The notes below the pieces were generated by a model. That model was not told where the DNA came from. It ran no database searches and saw only the letters and a program-made list of their open reading frames with translations. Shown here in pieces: positions 18,968 to 30,374 of a DNA stretch of 64,000 nt; the first letter of the stretch is position 1; every line of letters begins with the position of its first letter. Position numbers and translations under genes: made by a program. The DNA comes from an uncultured delta proteobacterium (GTDB taxonomy: Bacteria; Myxococcota; Myxococcia; Myxococcales; Myxococcaceae), in contig CAVYSY010000027.1 in NCBI GenBank assembly GCA_963771175.1, forward strand, positions 32,001 to 96,000, read 5' to 3'.

Positions 18968-20324
18968 CTATGGCTCGACCAGGTTGAAGCGTCGCCACGC
19001 GCCGCCCCGGAAGCGCAGGTACAGGGCCAGGGCGAGCGCGCCAATCCACGCCACCAGCCAGAGCATGGCCACCTGCGCGCCGGCCCCGAAGTGGCGGACG
19101 CTGAGCCAGGTGCCGGGCACGAAGAAGAACCAGGCCAGCGCCATCCGCACCCAGAGGGTGAAGGCGGTGTCCCCCGCGGCGCGCAGGGCCTCGGTCAGGG
19201 TGGTGGCCGCGGCATCGAAGAGCTGCCACGCCACGGAGATGCGCAACAGCCGCGCCCCGGTGGCGAGCAACGCGCCGCTCGCCGCCCCTCCCGCGAAGGG
19301 AGCGAAGGTCCACTCCGGCAGCAGCAGGAAGAGGACGCCCACCACCGCCTGCCAGCCCGCAGTGAGGAGGAAGGTGAGCCGCACCGCGCGCGGTACGTCG
19401 TCCCTCGCGCCCGCGCCAATGGCCTGACCCACCACGATGGCCCCCGCGCTCGCCACGGCGAACGCCGGCATGAAGGCCCCCGAGTTGAGCTGCATGACGG
19501 CCATCAGCGCCGCCAATGAGGTGGTGCCCAGCCCCGCCACCACCACGTTGACGAAGAAGTTGTAGGCCAGGAACTCGAAGAACCAGTTGAGGCCCGAGGG
19601 CAGGCCGAAACGCAGCGTGCGCAGGAACTCGCGCCCGTGCAGGCGGGGGAGTACCGGGCCGCGGCCCTCGAAGAGGAAGACGCCGAGCAGTCCGAGGAAG
19701 CCAAGTGCCGAGGAGGCGACCGTCGCCCACGCCGCGCCCGCGATGCCGAGCGCGGGAAACCCGAGGTGGCCGTCGATGAGCAGCCAGTTGCCCAGGACGT
19801 TGAGCACCATGGCGACGAGGCTGGCCACCATGGGCAGCCGGGTGTTGCCGAGGCCCGCGTAGTAGTTGGCGAGCGCCTCGAGGCCCACGGCGACCACCCC
19901 CGACAGCAGGCGTATCTGGAGGTACTGCCGCACGCCCTCGCGCACCTCGGGGGCGTACTCGAACAGGGCGAGTCCCGCGGGCAGCAGGGGCACGAGGAGC
20001 AGACAGAGCACCTGGGCGAGGCCCGCGATGGCGAGGCCATACCAGGCGTAGCGCCGGGCACCGGCGACGTCGCCGCTCCCGAAGTACTGGGAGGCGAAGC
20101 TGGAGACGATGAACACCGTGCCCATGGGCAGGATGAACACCAGTTGGGCGTTCATCGCGCCCGTGGTGACGGCGGCCAGGGAGACCTCGCCGAGATGGGC
20201 CACCATGAGCGCGTCCGCGAGCCCCACCACCACCTGCGTGGAGCGCGGAGATGATGATGGGCCACGCCAGCCGCAGCAGCGCGGGAATCGACACGGCGAC
20301 ACGTTGGCCAGGAGCGCTGGTCAT
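18968..20324 (-). CDS. MATE family efflux transporter; frameshift near 20255
   Basis: LLRLAWP, D..MVAHLG, GNTRLPM, LGIAGAAWAT, LRAAGDT; many TM segments. Confidence 0.9.
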
Positions 20325-20368
20325 CCCGCGACTCCTAGCACGGCCGCCCTACTCCAACGTCGCTCGCT

Positions 20369-21388
20369 TCACTTCACTCCCGAGGACTCCCGCGCCGGAG
20401 GCGACTGGAACACCCGCAGCAGGAACAGCAGCGAGGGGAGGATGAGGGCCCCGCCCACCGCGAGCGCCATCAGCAGGGCCCGCTGGGTGGCCGCGGACGC
20501 CGCCGCGCCCTGGAGGGTGAGGTCCGGCACCACCAGGAACGGGTACTGCGAGGCGGCCCACCCGGCCACGATGAGCCCCACCTGTGCCGCCGCCGCCACG
20601 CGCGCCAGCCCGAAGCGCCGGGCGAGCAGCAGCCCGAAGGCCAGCACCGCCGCCACCGCCGTCGCCGCGTGCAGCACCAGCGCGAAGGGCGAGCCCGTCA
20701 GCCCCGCCCACACCCGAGGCGCCCCCTCGCGCGCCAGCACCAGCACGCCGAAGGCCGCCAGGAACACCGCCACGCCCGCCCCCAGGGCCCGCCTCCGGAA
20801 GTCCTCTCGCAGCGCGTGCTCCTGTGTCTCCGCGGTGAGGTACACCGCCGCCAGGAAGGCGAAGAGGCACAGGGCCAGCGCGCCCACCGCCAGCGCGAAG
20901 GGCGACAGCCACGGGGAGAAGAAGCCGCTCACCACCACCTTGTCCCGCACCTGGATGTCACCGCTCACCACCGCGCCCACGCACATGCCCAGCAGCGCCG
21001 GCGACAGGACGCTCGCCACGCTGAAGACGAGCCCCCAGCGCCGCTGCACCAGGTCACCCCGCATGTCATAGGTGCGGAAGGTGAAGGCCGTGCCCCGGAA
21101 GACGATGCCCAGCAGCAGCAGCGTCAGCGGCACGTGCAGCGCCACCGACAGCACCGCGAAAGCCGGTGGGAAGGCCGAGAAGAGGATGACGATGCCGATG
21201 ATGAGCCAGACATGGTTCACCTCCCACACCGGCCCGAGTGCCTTCGCGATGAGCGCCCGCTGCTCCGCCTTGCGCGGCCCCGAGGCCAGCAGGTCCCACA
21301 CGCCGCCGCCGAAGTCCGCGCCCCCGAAGAGCGCGTAGAGGACGAAGGCGGCCACCAGCGCGCCGCCCAGCCACAGCTCAGTGCCCAT
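20369..21388 (-). CDS. cydB: Cytochrome bd ubiquinol oxidase subunit II
   Basis: GADFGGG, GPVWEVNHVWL, FRG..F.FR. Confidence 0.92.
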   Translation of the reverse strand: MGTELWLGGALVAAFVLYALFGGADFGGGVWDLLASGPRKAEQRALIAKALGPVWEVNHVWLIIGIVILFSAFPPAFAVLSVALHVPLTLLLLGIVFRGTAFTFRTYDMRGDLVQRRWGLVFSVASVLSPALLGMCVGAVVSGDIQVRDKVVVSGFFSPWLSPFALAVGALALCLFAFLAAVYLTAETQEHALREDFRRRALGAGVAVFLAAFGVLVLAREGAPRVWAGLTGSPFALVLHAATAVAAVLAFGLLLARRFGLARVAAAAQVGLIVAGWAASQYPFLVVPDLTLQGAAASAATQRALLMALAVGGALILPSLLFLLRVFQSPPARESSGVK

Positions 21389-22712
21389 GGGCCACCTCCT
21401 CCGACTCGCGGCCCGGCAGCGTTCCCGCCACCTGCCGCACCAGGAGGAACGTCACCATCGTGCCCAGGAAGAGGTACACGAGCGAGAACGTCCAGAAGGG
21501 CACCACCAGGTTCGGCACCGGTGTCGCCGCGTTCGCCGTGCGCATCAGCCCGCGGACAATCCACGGCTGGCGCCCCCACTCGGTGACGAGCCACCCGGCC
21601 TCCATCGCCACCACCCCGAGCGGCCCGCACAGCAGCCAGCCCCACAGCACCCGCCGGCCCTCGGGCCACGCCTTGTGCCGCCAGCGCAGGAAGAGCGTCA
21701 CCACCGCCAGCAGCGCCATCGCGCTCCCCGTGCCCACCATGACCTGGAAGGCCACGTGCACCTTGGCCACCGGCGGCCACTCGTCACGCGGGAAGTCCTT
21801 CAGCCCCTTCACCTCCGCGTTCGGGTCCGCGAACGCCAGGATGGACAGCCCCTTCGGTATCTCGAGCGCGTATGGCGTGGTGCCCGTCTCCGCGTCCGGC
21901 AGCCCGCCCAGGCTCAGGGGTGCGCCCCGCTGCGTCTCGAACAGGCCCTCCGCCGCCGCCAGCTTCACCGGCTGCGTCCGCGCCACCTCCTTCGCGGACA
22001 GGTCGCCCGCCAGCGGCTGCAGCAGCGCGGTGACACACGCCAGCGGCAGCGCGATGGAGAGTGCCTTGCGGTGGAAGGCCGCCCCCGGGTGTCGCAGCAG
22101 GACGAAGGCGTGGATGCCCGCCATGGCGAAGGCGCTCGCCTGGTAGCACGCGAGCAGCGTGTGCGCCGTCTGGTGCATCCAGCCCGGGCTGAACATCGCC
22201 GCCACCGGGTCCACGTCCACCGGCCCGCCCGGCGTGGGCGTGAAGCCCGAGGGCTGGTTCATGAAGGTGTTCACCAGCGTGACGAAGAAGGCGCTCGCCG
22301 CGCCACTCAGCGCCACCATCACCCCCGAGAAGAGGTGCAGCCCCGCGGATATCCGCTCCCGCCCATACAGGTAGATGCCGAGGAACACCGCCTCGGTGAA
22401 GAAGGCCGCGCCCTCCAGCGCGAAGGGCAGCCCGATGACTTCACCGTATGTCCCCATGAAGTGGGGCCACAGCAGCCCCAATTCGAAGGACAGCGCCGTG
22501 CCGCTCACCGCGCCCACCGCGAAGAGGATGGCCGTCCCCTTCGCCAGCTTGCGGCTGAGCACCGCGTAGTCCGCGTCTCCCGTCCTCCGGGCCTTCAGGT
22601 CGCTGAGCACCATCAACAGCGGGAGCGCAATCCCCGCGGCCGCGAAGATGATGTGGAAGGCGAGGGACATCCCCATCTGGGCACGCGCGTAGAGCAGATC
22701 CATGGCGAGCAT
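21378..22712 (-). CDS. cydA: Cytochrome bd ubiquinol oxidase subunit I
   Basis: ARAQ..FHIIF, GAVSGT, QPVKLAAAEG, GWLVTEWGRQPW. Confidence 0.95.
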   Translation of the reverse strand: MLAMDLLYARAQMGMSLAFHIIFAAAGIALPLLMVLSDLKARRTGDADYAVLSRKLAKGTAILFAVGAVSGTALSFELGLLWPHFMGTYGEVIGLPFALEGAAFFTEAVFLGIYLYGRERISAGLHLFSGVMVALSGAASAFFVTLVNTFMNQPSGFTPTPGGPVDVDPVAAMFSPGWMHQTAHTLLACYQASAFAMAGIHAFVLLRHPGAAFHRKALSIALPLACVTALLQPLAGDLSAKEVARTQPVKLAAAEGLFETQRGAPLSLGGLPDAETGTTPYALEIPKGLSILAFADPNAEVKGLKDFPRDEWPPVAKVHVAFQVMVGTGSAMALLAVVTLFLRWRHKAWPEGRRVLWGWLLCGPLGVVAMEAGWLVTEWGRQPWIVRGLMRTANAATPVPNLVVPFWTFSLVYLFLGTMVTFLLVRQVAGTLPGRESEEVAHGH

Positions 22713-22761
22713 GAATCTGCTTCATACGCTGCCCTCTCGCCATCAATTAATCTTATCAACC

Positions 22762-23292
22762 CTAGGCCTGGGCCGGGGTCTGGGTGATGCGCAACCCCAG
22801 GCGCTTCTTGCCCTCGTGGGCCTGACCGGTCTCGGAAGGGGGCACCAGCGACTTCACGGCGCTCTTCGCCATGGCCGAGGCCAGCGTGGTGGCGAAGATG
22901 AGGACGAGCTTCCGGCCGAGCTCGAAGCCGATGGGGCGCTCCTCGGCGCGGGAGGCCAACCGGTCCGGGTGCTCCCAGGCGCGCCGCAGGGCCTTCCGGC
23001 GATGCTTCCACATCAGCTCGTCGCGGTGACGCCGCCGCCACCAGGAGTAGCCCATGCCCACGACGAGCAGCCCCAGCGCGACGCCGCCCGCCTTCACCAA
23101 CAGGTCACGGTTCTGTTCGACGGCATGGCGGAACTGGTAGCGCACGTCGAACGCGCGCTCGCGGCGCCGGTCCAGCTCCTCGAGGGTGAGGAGCAGCTCG
23201 TCCCGCAGACGGTCCGCCGTCTTCTCCACCTTCTCACGGTCGCTCATGCTGGCGGTGATGGGCCCGCCACCCTTGTATTCCTGCTCGCTCAT
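22762..23292 (-). CDS. Hypothetical membrane-anchored protein
   Basis: MSEQEYKGGG start overlaps the upstream stop; one hydrophobic segment. Confidence 0.65.
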   Translation of the reverse strand: MSEQEYKGGGPITASMSDREKVEKTADRLRDELLLTLEELDRRRERAFDVRYQFRHAVEQNRDLLVKAGGVALGLLVVGMGYSWWRRRHRDELMWKHRRKALRRAWEHPDRLASRAEERPIGFELGRKLVLIFATTLASAMAKSAVKSLVPPSETGQAHEGKKRLGLRITQTPAQA

Positions 23293-23693
23293 TGCAGCGT
23301 CTCCCGGGTGCGGGTGATGTCCGTCTTCAACCGATCCTGGGTATGGGGCAGGGGCTTCTTCGGCAGCCGCTTGTAGCCCGCGAACGCCAGGCCGCCCGCC
23401 AGCAGCAGCAGGAACGCCCCCACCAGCAGCACCCCGAGCCACTCGCTCAGCGGCAGCGCCAGCCCCACCGTCACGAGGAGCGCGGCCAGGGCCATCAGCC
23501 CCAGCACGGCGCCCGCCCCCAGGAGGATGCCCGAGGTGCGCGCCACCTTCAGCTCCTCCTGTATCTCCTTCTTCGCATGGAGCACCTCGGCACGGGCCAG
23601 CAACCGCGCCTCCTCGATGGCGTGACGGATGAGCTCCGCCGTGGACAGCGACTCCAGTTGCCTGCGCTCCAGACGTTCCGATTCGTGTTCCAC
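23289..23693 (-). CDS. Phage-holin-like (YhjD/Holin-X type) membrane protein
   Basis: ELIRHAIEEARLLARAEV..AKKE followed by two TM helices and a PHT..RLK.D tail; GGAGG RBS. Confidence 0.7.
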   Translation of the reverse strand: MEHESERLERRQLESLSTAELIRHAIEEARLLARAEVLHAKKEIQEELKVARTSGILLGAGAVLGLMALAALLVTVGLALPLSEWLGVLLVGAFLLLLAGGLAFAGYKRLPKKPLPHTQDRLKTDITRTRETLQ

Positions 23694-23997
23694 GTCCCCG
23701 CCTCCGGCGCATCCGGCGGGCCCGCCCGGGCAGCGCCCTGGCATGTCCCGCTCTCCTCGCGGAAGGTGGGAGCGGAACGATTCCGGGGGAAGTCTGGCCG
23801 CCAGAACACAGTGATGCCCGCCCGCCCGCCCTGATTGCCCACGGAGAGCCACTCGCCCGCCCTGGAGGAGCAGACGAGCAGCCCCAGGAGCAGGGCTGCC
23901 TCCGCCCAGCTCCAACCCGTCCGAGGGAACCGCATGGGCGATCCGAGGAACTTCCCAGGGACACGAGGAGAAGACAGGAGTCCTCCCGGGCGCATGC

Positions 23998-24034
23998 TGG
24001 AAAAACCTGTCCGACAGTCGGACAGGTTTTTCCA
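23998..24034. repeat. Perfect 18-1-18 palindrome (REP-like); 29-bp core repeated at 41407-41435
   Basis: tggaaaaacctgtccgac-a-gtcggacaggtttttcca. Confidence 0.9.
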
Positions 24035-24089
24035 CCGCGCACCCGGAGGGGGGGTCCACCCCACGCGGAAGGACACCCTTCTCGCCGGT

Positions 24090-25124
24090 TCAGCGGCGAC
24101 GGCGCTGTTGGGCGAGCGCGGTGGCGAGCGTCTCGCGCACCTGCCGTGCCTGGAAGAGGCGGTCCGCCGCGTCCCGCAGGGTGTCCGCGTACAGCACGTT
24201 CTTGCGCAACCGCGCCGGAATGGCGGCCGTCCCCAGGTGCGCCCCCAGCAGGGCCCCCGTGCACGCCGCCGCCACGTCGGCCTCGCCCCCGCAGCGCAGC
24301 GTCATCTCCACCGCCTGCCGGAAGTCGTGCGGCACCTTCAGCGTCGCGTACAGCGCCGTGAGCAGCACCGGCACCACATGCGGAGGCAGGCCGTCCACGC
24401 CCCGGAGCTGGCTGGGCGGCACGCTCACCTTGCGCAACTGGGTCAGCGCGCGCGCCGTGTCCCACGTCAGCAGCCGGGGCAGGTGCCGCAGCTCCTCGGC
24501 CAGCTCCTTGTCATGGGCCGCGGCCGCCAGCGCCAGCTCCTCGCAGAACCCCGCCGGCGTCAGCGGCTCGTGCGTCGTCAGCCCCAGCGCCACCGCCTGG
24601 GCGAAGGCCGCCGCCGCCGCCGCGCACGTGGGATCCTTGTGCGTCAGCACCGTCAGCACGCCCGCGTCGTGGCGGATGCGCACCCGGCTCTTGCTCTCGA
24701 AGAGCCCCACCACCACCGCTCGGCTCAGCACCGAGGGACACTTCACCCCCAGCGGCGCGCCCGCGCTCATCCACGGCGTGCCCTGGGCCAGCTTCTGCAG
24801 CGCCTCGGAGAGCTGCTTGGGCGGCTGGAGGATGATGCCCTCCTGCCACAGCCACGCCAGGTGCGCCGCCGCGCTGCGCCCGTCCACCTTGTTCTCGCGG
24901 ATGACGCTCTCGGCCGCCGCCAGCATCAGCTGCGTGTCGTCCGAGAACTGGCCCTTGGCGAACTTCCCCCGAGGCCGAGGCGCGAAGTCCTCCGCCAGTC
25001 CAGGCAGGCGCGCCAGGCTCGCCGGCGGAACGCCCCGCAGCGGAAATCCGAGGGCATCCCCGATGGCGAGACCCAGGAACGCCGCATGAAACCTGTCCTG
25101 GCGTTCGGCGGGTGTCAGCGGCAT
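24090..25124 (-). CDS. ADP-ribosylglycohydrolase family protein
   Basis: GLAIGDALG, GQFSDDTQ, LTHKDP, GGEADV..TGALLGA. Confidence 0.88.
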   Translation of the reverse strand: MPLTPAERQDRFHAAFLGLAIGDALGFPLRGVPPASLARLPGLAEDFAPRPRGKFAKGQFSDDTQLMLAAAESVIRENKVDGRSAAAHLAWLWQEGIILQPPKQLSEALQKLAQGTPWMSAGAPLGVKCPSVLSRAVVVGLFESKSRVRIRHDAGVLTVLTHKDPTCAAAAAAFAQAVALGLTTHEPLTPAGFCEELALAAAAHDKELAEELRHLPRLLTWDTARALTQLRKVSVPPSQLRGVDGLPPHVVPVLLTALYATLKVPHDFRQAVEMTLRCGGEADVAAACTGALLGAHLGTAAIPARLRKNVLYADTLRDAADRLFQARQVRETLATALAQQRRRR

Positions 25125-25251
25125 GGGGAGCGGCAAGATAACCGAGCCGCGTTCCATGGCTAGCCCCGTCTTGCATCCATGCGCACGGATCAGGCGCGCT
25201 CACGCACATGTTGGGTGAAGGGCGCTCTCCCACCACAAGGAGGGACGCGCG

Positions 25252-25509
25252 CTAGCCGTCGCGACCGAGGTTGACAACCGCCTGCAGCCTCGCCACGACC
25301 GCCTCGGCGCCCTGGTGCAGGTGCTCGCCGTCCCACAGCGAGGGCGTGGTGTGTCCACCCAATTCACGCCAGGCCGACTCCTCCTCCGGGAAGGCGACGT
25401 TGCGGAAGCGCACCCGGTCCTCCAACGCGTAGTCGACGATGTAGCGGCGCGCCACCGCCGAGGGGGGATCCGCGATGCGGTGGAAGAACTCCAGCACGGG
25501 GGAACTCAC
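25252..25509 (-). CDS. Small glutaredoxin/thioredoxin-fold-like hypothetical protein
   Basis: LGGHTTPSLWDG resembles the cis-Pro region of the fold; no CxxC; operon position. Confidence 0.5.
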   Translation of the reverse strand: MSSPVLEFFHRIADPPSAVARRYIVDYALEDRVRFRNVAFPEEESAWRELGGHTTPSLWDGEHLHQGAEAVVARLQAVVNLGRDG

Positions 25510-25519
25510 CGGCGCCCCC

Positions 25520-25978
25520 TCACCCCGCCTCGACGTCCGGCACGGGCTTGAGGAAGTAGCTGGACAGATTGCGCGGGCTGCGGCGCAGGAGGTCCTCCAG
25601 CGTGTACTTGTCCAGCGTGGCCAGGAAGGCCCGCATCGCCTCGTTGAGCACGCCGATCAGCCCGCAGGCCGGGGCGATGGGGCAGGTGTTCGTCTTCGGA
25701 TCGAAGCACTCCACCACGTTGAAGTCCGGCTCCATGTGGCGCACCACCTGCCCCACGGAGATTTCGGACGGCGAGCGCGCCAGCACGACGCCCCCGGACC
25801 GCCCCGGCCGCACCTCCACGAAGCCGTGGCGTCCCAGTCCCTGCACCACCCGGACGAGGTGGTGCTTGGAGATGCCGTAGGCCTCGCTCACCTCGGCGGT
25901 GGAGATGACTCGATCCGGGTGGGCCGCCAGGTACAGCAGCACGCGCAGCGAGTAGTCAGCGTGAAGAGTCAGATGCAC
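25520..25978 (-). CDS. nsrR: Rrf2 family NO-sensing repressor
   Basis: DYSLRVLLYLA, ISKHHLVRVV, RGRSGG-like wing, three Cys (ECF..NTC..AC); matching boxes upstream of the operon. Confidence 0.8.
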   Translation of the reverse strand: MHLTLHADYSLRVLLYLAAHPDRVISTAEVSEAYGISKHHLVRVVQGLGRHGFVEVRPGRSGGVVLARSPSEISVGQVVRHMEPDFNVVECFDPKTNTCPIAPACGLIGVLNEAMRAFLATLDKYTLEDLLRRSPRNLSSYFLKPVPDVEAG

Positions 25979-26972
25979 GAACCGTCACTCCCGCTCCTGC
26001 CTGCGGCGGAGGAGTGCTCGGGAGGAAGGCATCCGCATGGATTTCCTTGAGCGACAGTCCGGCGAGGAAGAGCTTCTTCCTCAGGGATAGCACCAGGTCG
26101 GGGTTGCCGCACAGGAATGCCCTCCAGCCCGCCGGCCGAGGGCATTCCTCCTTGATGATGGCGTCCAGGGCCCCCACCGACACCCCCACCCGTTCCGGTC
26201 CCCGCAGGATACTCGGGCGGTACTGGAAGCAACTGTACCGGGATTGCAGCTCGCGCAGCTCCTCGACGAGGTACAGCCCGGAGGCCTCGACCGCACCGTG
26301 GAAGAGCCAGATGGGCCCGGTGTGTCCCTGGGCCAGTGCGTCCCGGACGATGCCGTACAGGGGCGCCAGACCCGTGCCCGTGCCCGCCAGCAGCAGCGGC
26401 TGCTCCGGCCGCCCCGGCACGTAGAAACACTCTCCCGCCGGTCCTTGGAGGTCCAACACGTCCCCCGGCTGGGCCTCGTCGAAGAGCCACCCGCTCATGC
26501 GGCCCCCGGGGATGCGGCGCACGTGCAGCTCCACCGTGTCCTCCCGGGACTGGCTCGCGAGCGAGTAACTCCGGGCCAGTCCGTCCGCCCGCAGCAGCGA
26601 CACGTACTGGCCGGGCCGGTACTCGAAGTGCCCATCGGGGCGCAGCCGCACGCACAGCACGCTGTCGCTCAGCGGCTCCAGCGCGGTGATGTGCGCGGGC
26701 ACCCGCAGGTCCGCTCCCGCGCTGGCCACCTCGAGCTCGTTCTCCGGACGGCACGCGCACGCGAGGAAGTACCCCTGGGCCTTGAGCGTCTCCTTCAGTC
26801 CCACCTGAGCCTTGGCCGGCACCTCGCCGCGCTCGGCGCGCATCAGACAGGACTGGCACGCCCCCGCCCGACACGAGTGCGGCACCTCCACCCCTTGCCG
26901 CAGCAGTCCGTCGAGCACCGACTCATCTTCGTCCAGCCCGTACCACTGCCCCTCGTGCTTGACCTTCGTCAT
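25956..26972 (-). CDS. 2Fe-2S / FAD / NAD(P)H oxidoreductase
   Basis: CRAGACQSC..LAC, YRPGQY, RSYSLAS, GTGTGLAP, FLCGNP. Confidence 0.9.
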   Translation of the reverse strand: MTKVKHEGQWYGLDEDESVLDGLLRQGVEVPHSCRAGACQSCLMRAERGEVPAKAQVGLKETLKAQGYFLACACRPENELEVASAGADLRVPAHITALEPLSDSVLCVRLRPDGHFEYRPGQYVSLLRADGLARSYSLASQSREDTVELHVRRIPGGRMSGWLFDEAQPGDVLDLQGPAGECFYVPGRPEQPLLLAGTGTGLAPLYGIVRDALAQGHTGPIWLFHGAVEASGLYLVEELRELQSRYSCFQYRPSILRGPERVGVSVGALDAIIKEECPRPAGWRAFLCGNPDLVLSLRKKLFLAGLSLKEIHADAFLPSTPPPQAGAGVTVRASDSSR

Positions 26973-26991
26973 GCGCGCGCCCTCCCGCTCC

Positions 26992-27381
26992 TCAGCGGTT
27001 CAGTACGTCCGCCCGCGCGCTCTCGGCGATCGCCAGCACCTGCTCCACCAGCGGCTTCGCCACGCCCAGCTCCGTCAGCGTCGCGGCCAGGTTCTCCGCC
27101 ACCGCGTTGAAGTGCGTGTCGTTCAGCCCCTGCTTCACCAGGTGCGCGTGCCCCTTGCGCATGTCCTTGCCCGAGTAGGCGCTCGGGCCCCCACACACCA
27201 TCGTCAGGAACGCCTTCTGCTTCGCCGACTGGCGCTCCATGTCCACGTCCTCGAAGAAGTGGCTGATGCGGTCGTCCGACAGCACCTTCCGATAGAAGAG
27301 CTCCACTGCCGCCGCCATCGCCGGCTCCCCACCAATCTGCTCGTACAGGCTGTTCTTCTTCTCCACGACGTTGGCGCTCAT
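26992..27381 (-). CDS. Group I truncated hemoglobin (trHbN/GlbN)
   Basis: SLYEQIGG, FYRKVL.DDRI..FF, QKAFL..GGP..Y.GKDM..HAHL, HFNAV. Confidence 0.93.
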   Translation of the reverse strand: MSANVVEKKNSLYEQIGGEPAMAAAVELFYRKVLSDDRISHFFEDVDMERQSAKQKAFLTMVCGGPSAYSGKDMRKGHAHLVKQGLNDTHFNAVAENLAATLTELGVAKPLVEQVLAIAESARADVLNR

Positions 27382-27402
27382 CTCGTTCCACTCCCCGGTT
27401 TG

Positions 27403-27446
27403 GATGCATGCAGCATGCATCTTTAAAGATGCATCCTCAATGCTCC
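27403..27446. promoter_or_regulatory. Tandem NsrR-type operators
   Basis: GATGCAT-gcagc-ATGCATC (27403-27421) and GATGCAT-cctca-ATGCTCC (27428-27446), just upstream of the globin start. Confidence 0.8.
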
Positions 27447-27754
27447 TTTCTGGGCGTGACGTCAAGTACACCCCGGGTTCCAGGCCGAGTGGCGAGGGAC
27501 AGGGAGCGCGAGGAGGTGCTCGCCTGGCCCGGTGCTACGGGCTCGAGAGAGCCGGAGTCGACGGAGCGGCGGGGCCGACGGCACGCCAGTTGGCGCGGCG
27601 CGTCACCTCGCGGGCATGGTGGAGCTCAGGAGCGAAGGAACGTGGGGAATCGGCCAGGGGGGCTCACGCGGGGGAGCCACTCGCGCTGGCGACAACGGGC
27701 CCGGGGACTCCGCCGTGGGGGGCGTCCACCGGGTTGAAGCGGGGGTGGGGCGAA

Positions 27755-27790
27755 CCTCTCACCCCGTCCCTCTCCCGAGCGGAAGAGGGG
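27755..27790. repeat. REP-like element downstream of atpC
   Basis: cctctcaccccgtccctctcccgagcggaagagggg resembles the CCCTCTCCC..GAGGG intergenic hairpin class. Confidence 0.45.
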
Positions 27791-27811
27791 TGTTTCCTCG
27801 GGGGCGGGGCT

Positions 27812-28216
27812 TCAGCGCAGACCGGCGGCGCCCATGCGCGCCGTCTCGCGGCGCACCGTCGCCTGCTCGATGTCGAAGCGCACGTCGTCCGCGGACATGC
27901 CACGCAGGCGCTCCACCGCCTCCTGCATCCGCCGACGCGCGGCCTCCACGTCGATACCCGTGACCGCCTCGGCCACGTCCGCGAGCACCAGCACCTTGTC
28001 GTTGCTCACCTCGACGAAGCCGCCGGCCACGAAGTAGTTCTCGCGCCGCCCGCCCTCGATGATGGTCATCGGCCCCGGCTCCATCAGCGACAGGAACGGG
28101 GTGTGGCCCGGCCGCACGCCGAACAGACCCTTGCCACCGGGGACGATCGCCTCGTCCGCCTGCACCGACAGGATGCGCTTCTCGGGGGTCACAATCTCGA
28201 CCGTCAGCTTGGCCAT
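27812..28216 (-). CDS. atpC: ATP synthase F1 epsilon subunit
   Basis: LTVEIVTPEK, GVRPGHTP, GGFVEV. Confidence 0.96.
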   Translation of the reverse strand: MAKLTVEIVTPEKRILSVQADEAIVPGGKGLFGVRPGHTPFLSLMEPGPMTIIEGGRRENYFVAGGFVEVSNDKVLVLADVAEAVTGIDVEAARRRMQEAVERLRGMSADDVRFDIEQATVRRETARMGAAGLR

Positions 28217-28243
28217 GGGGTTCCGTGCTCCCTGCGTACCGCT

Positions 28244-28783
28244 TCAGAAAACAAGCTGGTGGGACTTGCCGCCCACCGTCTCGAACTCGATGCGCCCGGC
28301 GTCCGTCAGGCGCGGGCCCTTGCCCGGAACCCCGAGCACGCCCTCCAACCACTTGAGGTGCTTCTCCATCTGCCGCACCTCCGACAACTCCCGCACGCCC
28401 ACGAAGTCCAGCAGGCGCTTCTCCTGCTCGTGCTCGCCCCGGCGGTCATACTCCACCGCCACCACCGTGTTGGCCCAGGCGGGCACCTTCCTGAACTGCT
28501 TGCCGGCCAGCTTCTTCGTCCCCTTCGGGGCCAGCGGGTACAGCACCCACACCCGCTGTCCGTCGTTGGAGACGAAGTAGAGGTCGTCCACCCCGCCCAC
28601 GCACTGGCTCAGCGTCCAGACCGGGCCGCTCTCCTTCGATACCTCCAGGGTGCACTTGTCCGGCGCGGTCTCCACCAGACGCACACTGAAGGTGCCGTTG
28701 ACGCTCACGCGCGTACGGCTGGAGCGCTCCGCGGAAGCCGGGAGCGCCAGCAACAGCACCAGGATGACGACGGAGCGAAGCAC
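28244..28783 (-). CDS. Hypothetical secreted protein between atpD and atpC
   Basis: Signal peptide (..LLALPASA); GGAGG RBS; same strand with short spacing. Confidence 0.75.
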   Translation of the reverse strand: MLRSVVILVLLLALPASAERSSRTRVSVNGTFSVRLVETAPDKCTLEVSKESGPVWTLSQCVGGVDDLYFVSNDGQRVWVLYPLAPKGTKKLAGKQFRKVPAWANTVVAVEYDRRGEHEQEKRLLDFVGVRELSEVRQMEKHLKWLEGVLGVPGKGPRLTDAGRIEFETVGGKSHQLVF

Positions 28784-28811
28784 GTGAAGCGACCTCCTGG
28801 CGCGGTGGCGA

Positions 28812-30314
<1,503 letters not shown>

Positions 30315-30374
30315 CTACAGGTGGGCTCCCCCCGGGGTCAAGCCTCAGGGCCTGTCGGCCAGAAGCGGAACTTC

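Noticed and set aside
17259..20324. MATE-RluA fusion (1021 aa)
   Set aside because: Only the first ~26 aa are MATE; an indel near 20255 shifts the frame, and MATE has its own stop at 18968
15240..20324. Acyl-CoA ligase and MATE as members of the lipid cluster
   Set aside because: The ligase is convergent with the HIT-ACP pair and not coupled; both are common genes. Membership cannot be supported without synteny data
23289..23693. Prophage holin
   Set aside because: Common non-phage membrane family; no endolysin or structural phage genes nearby
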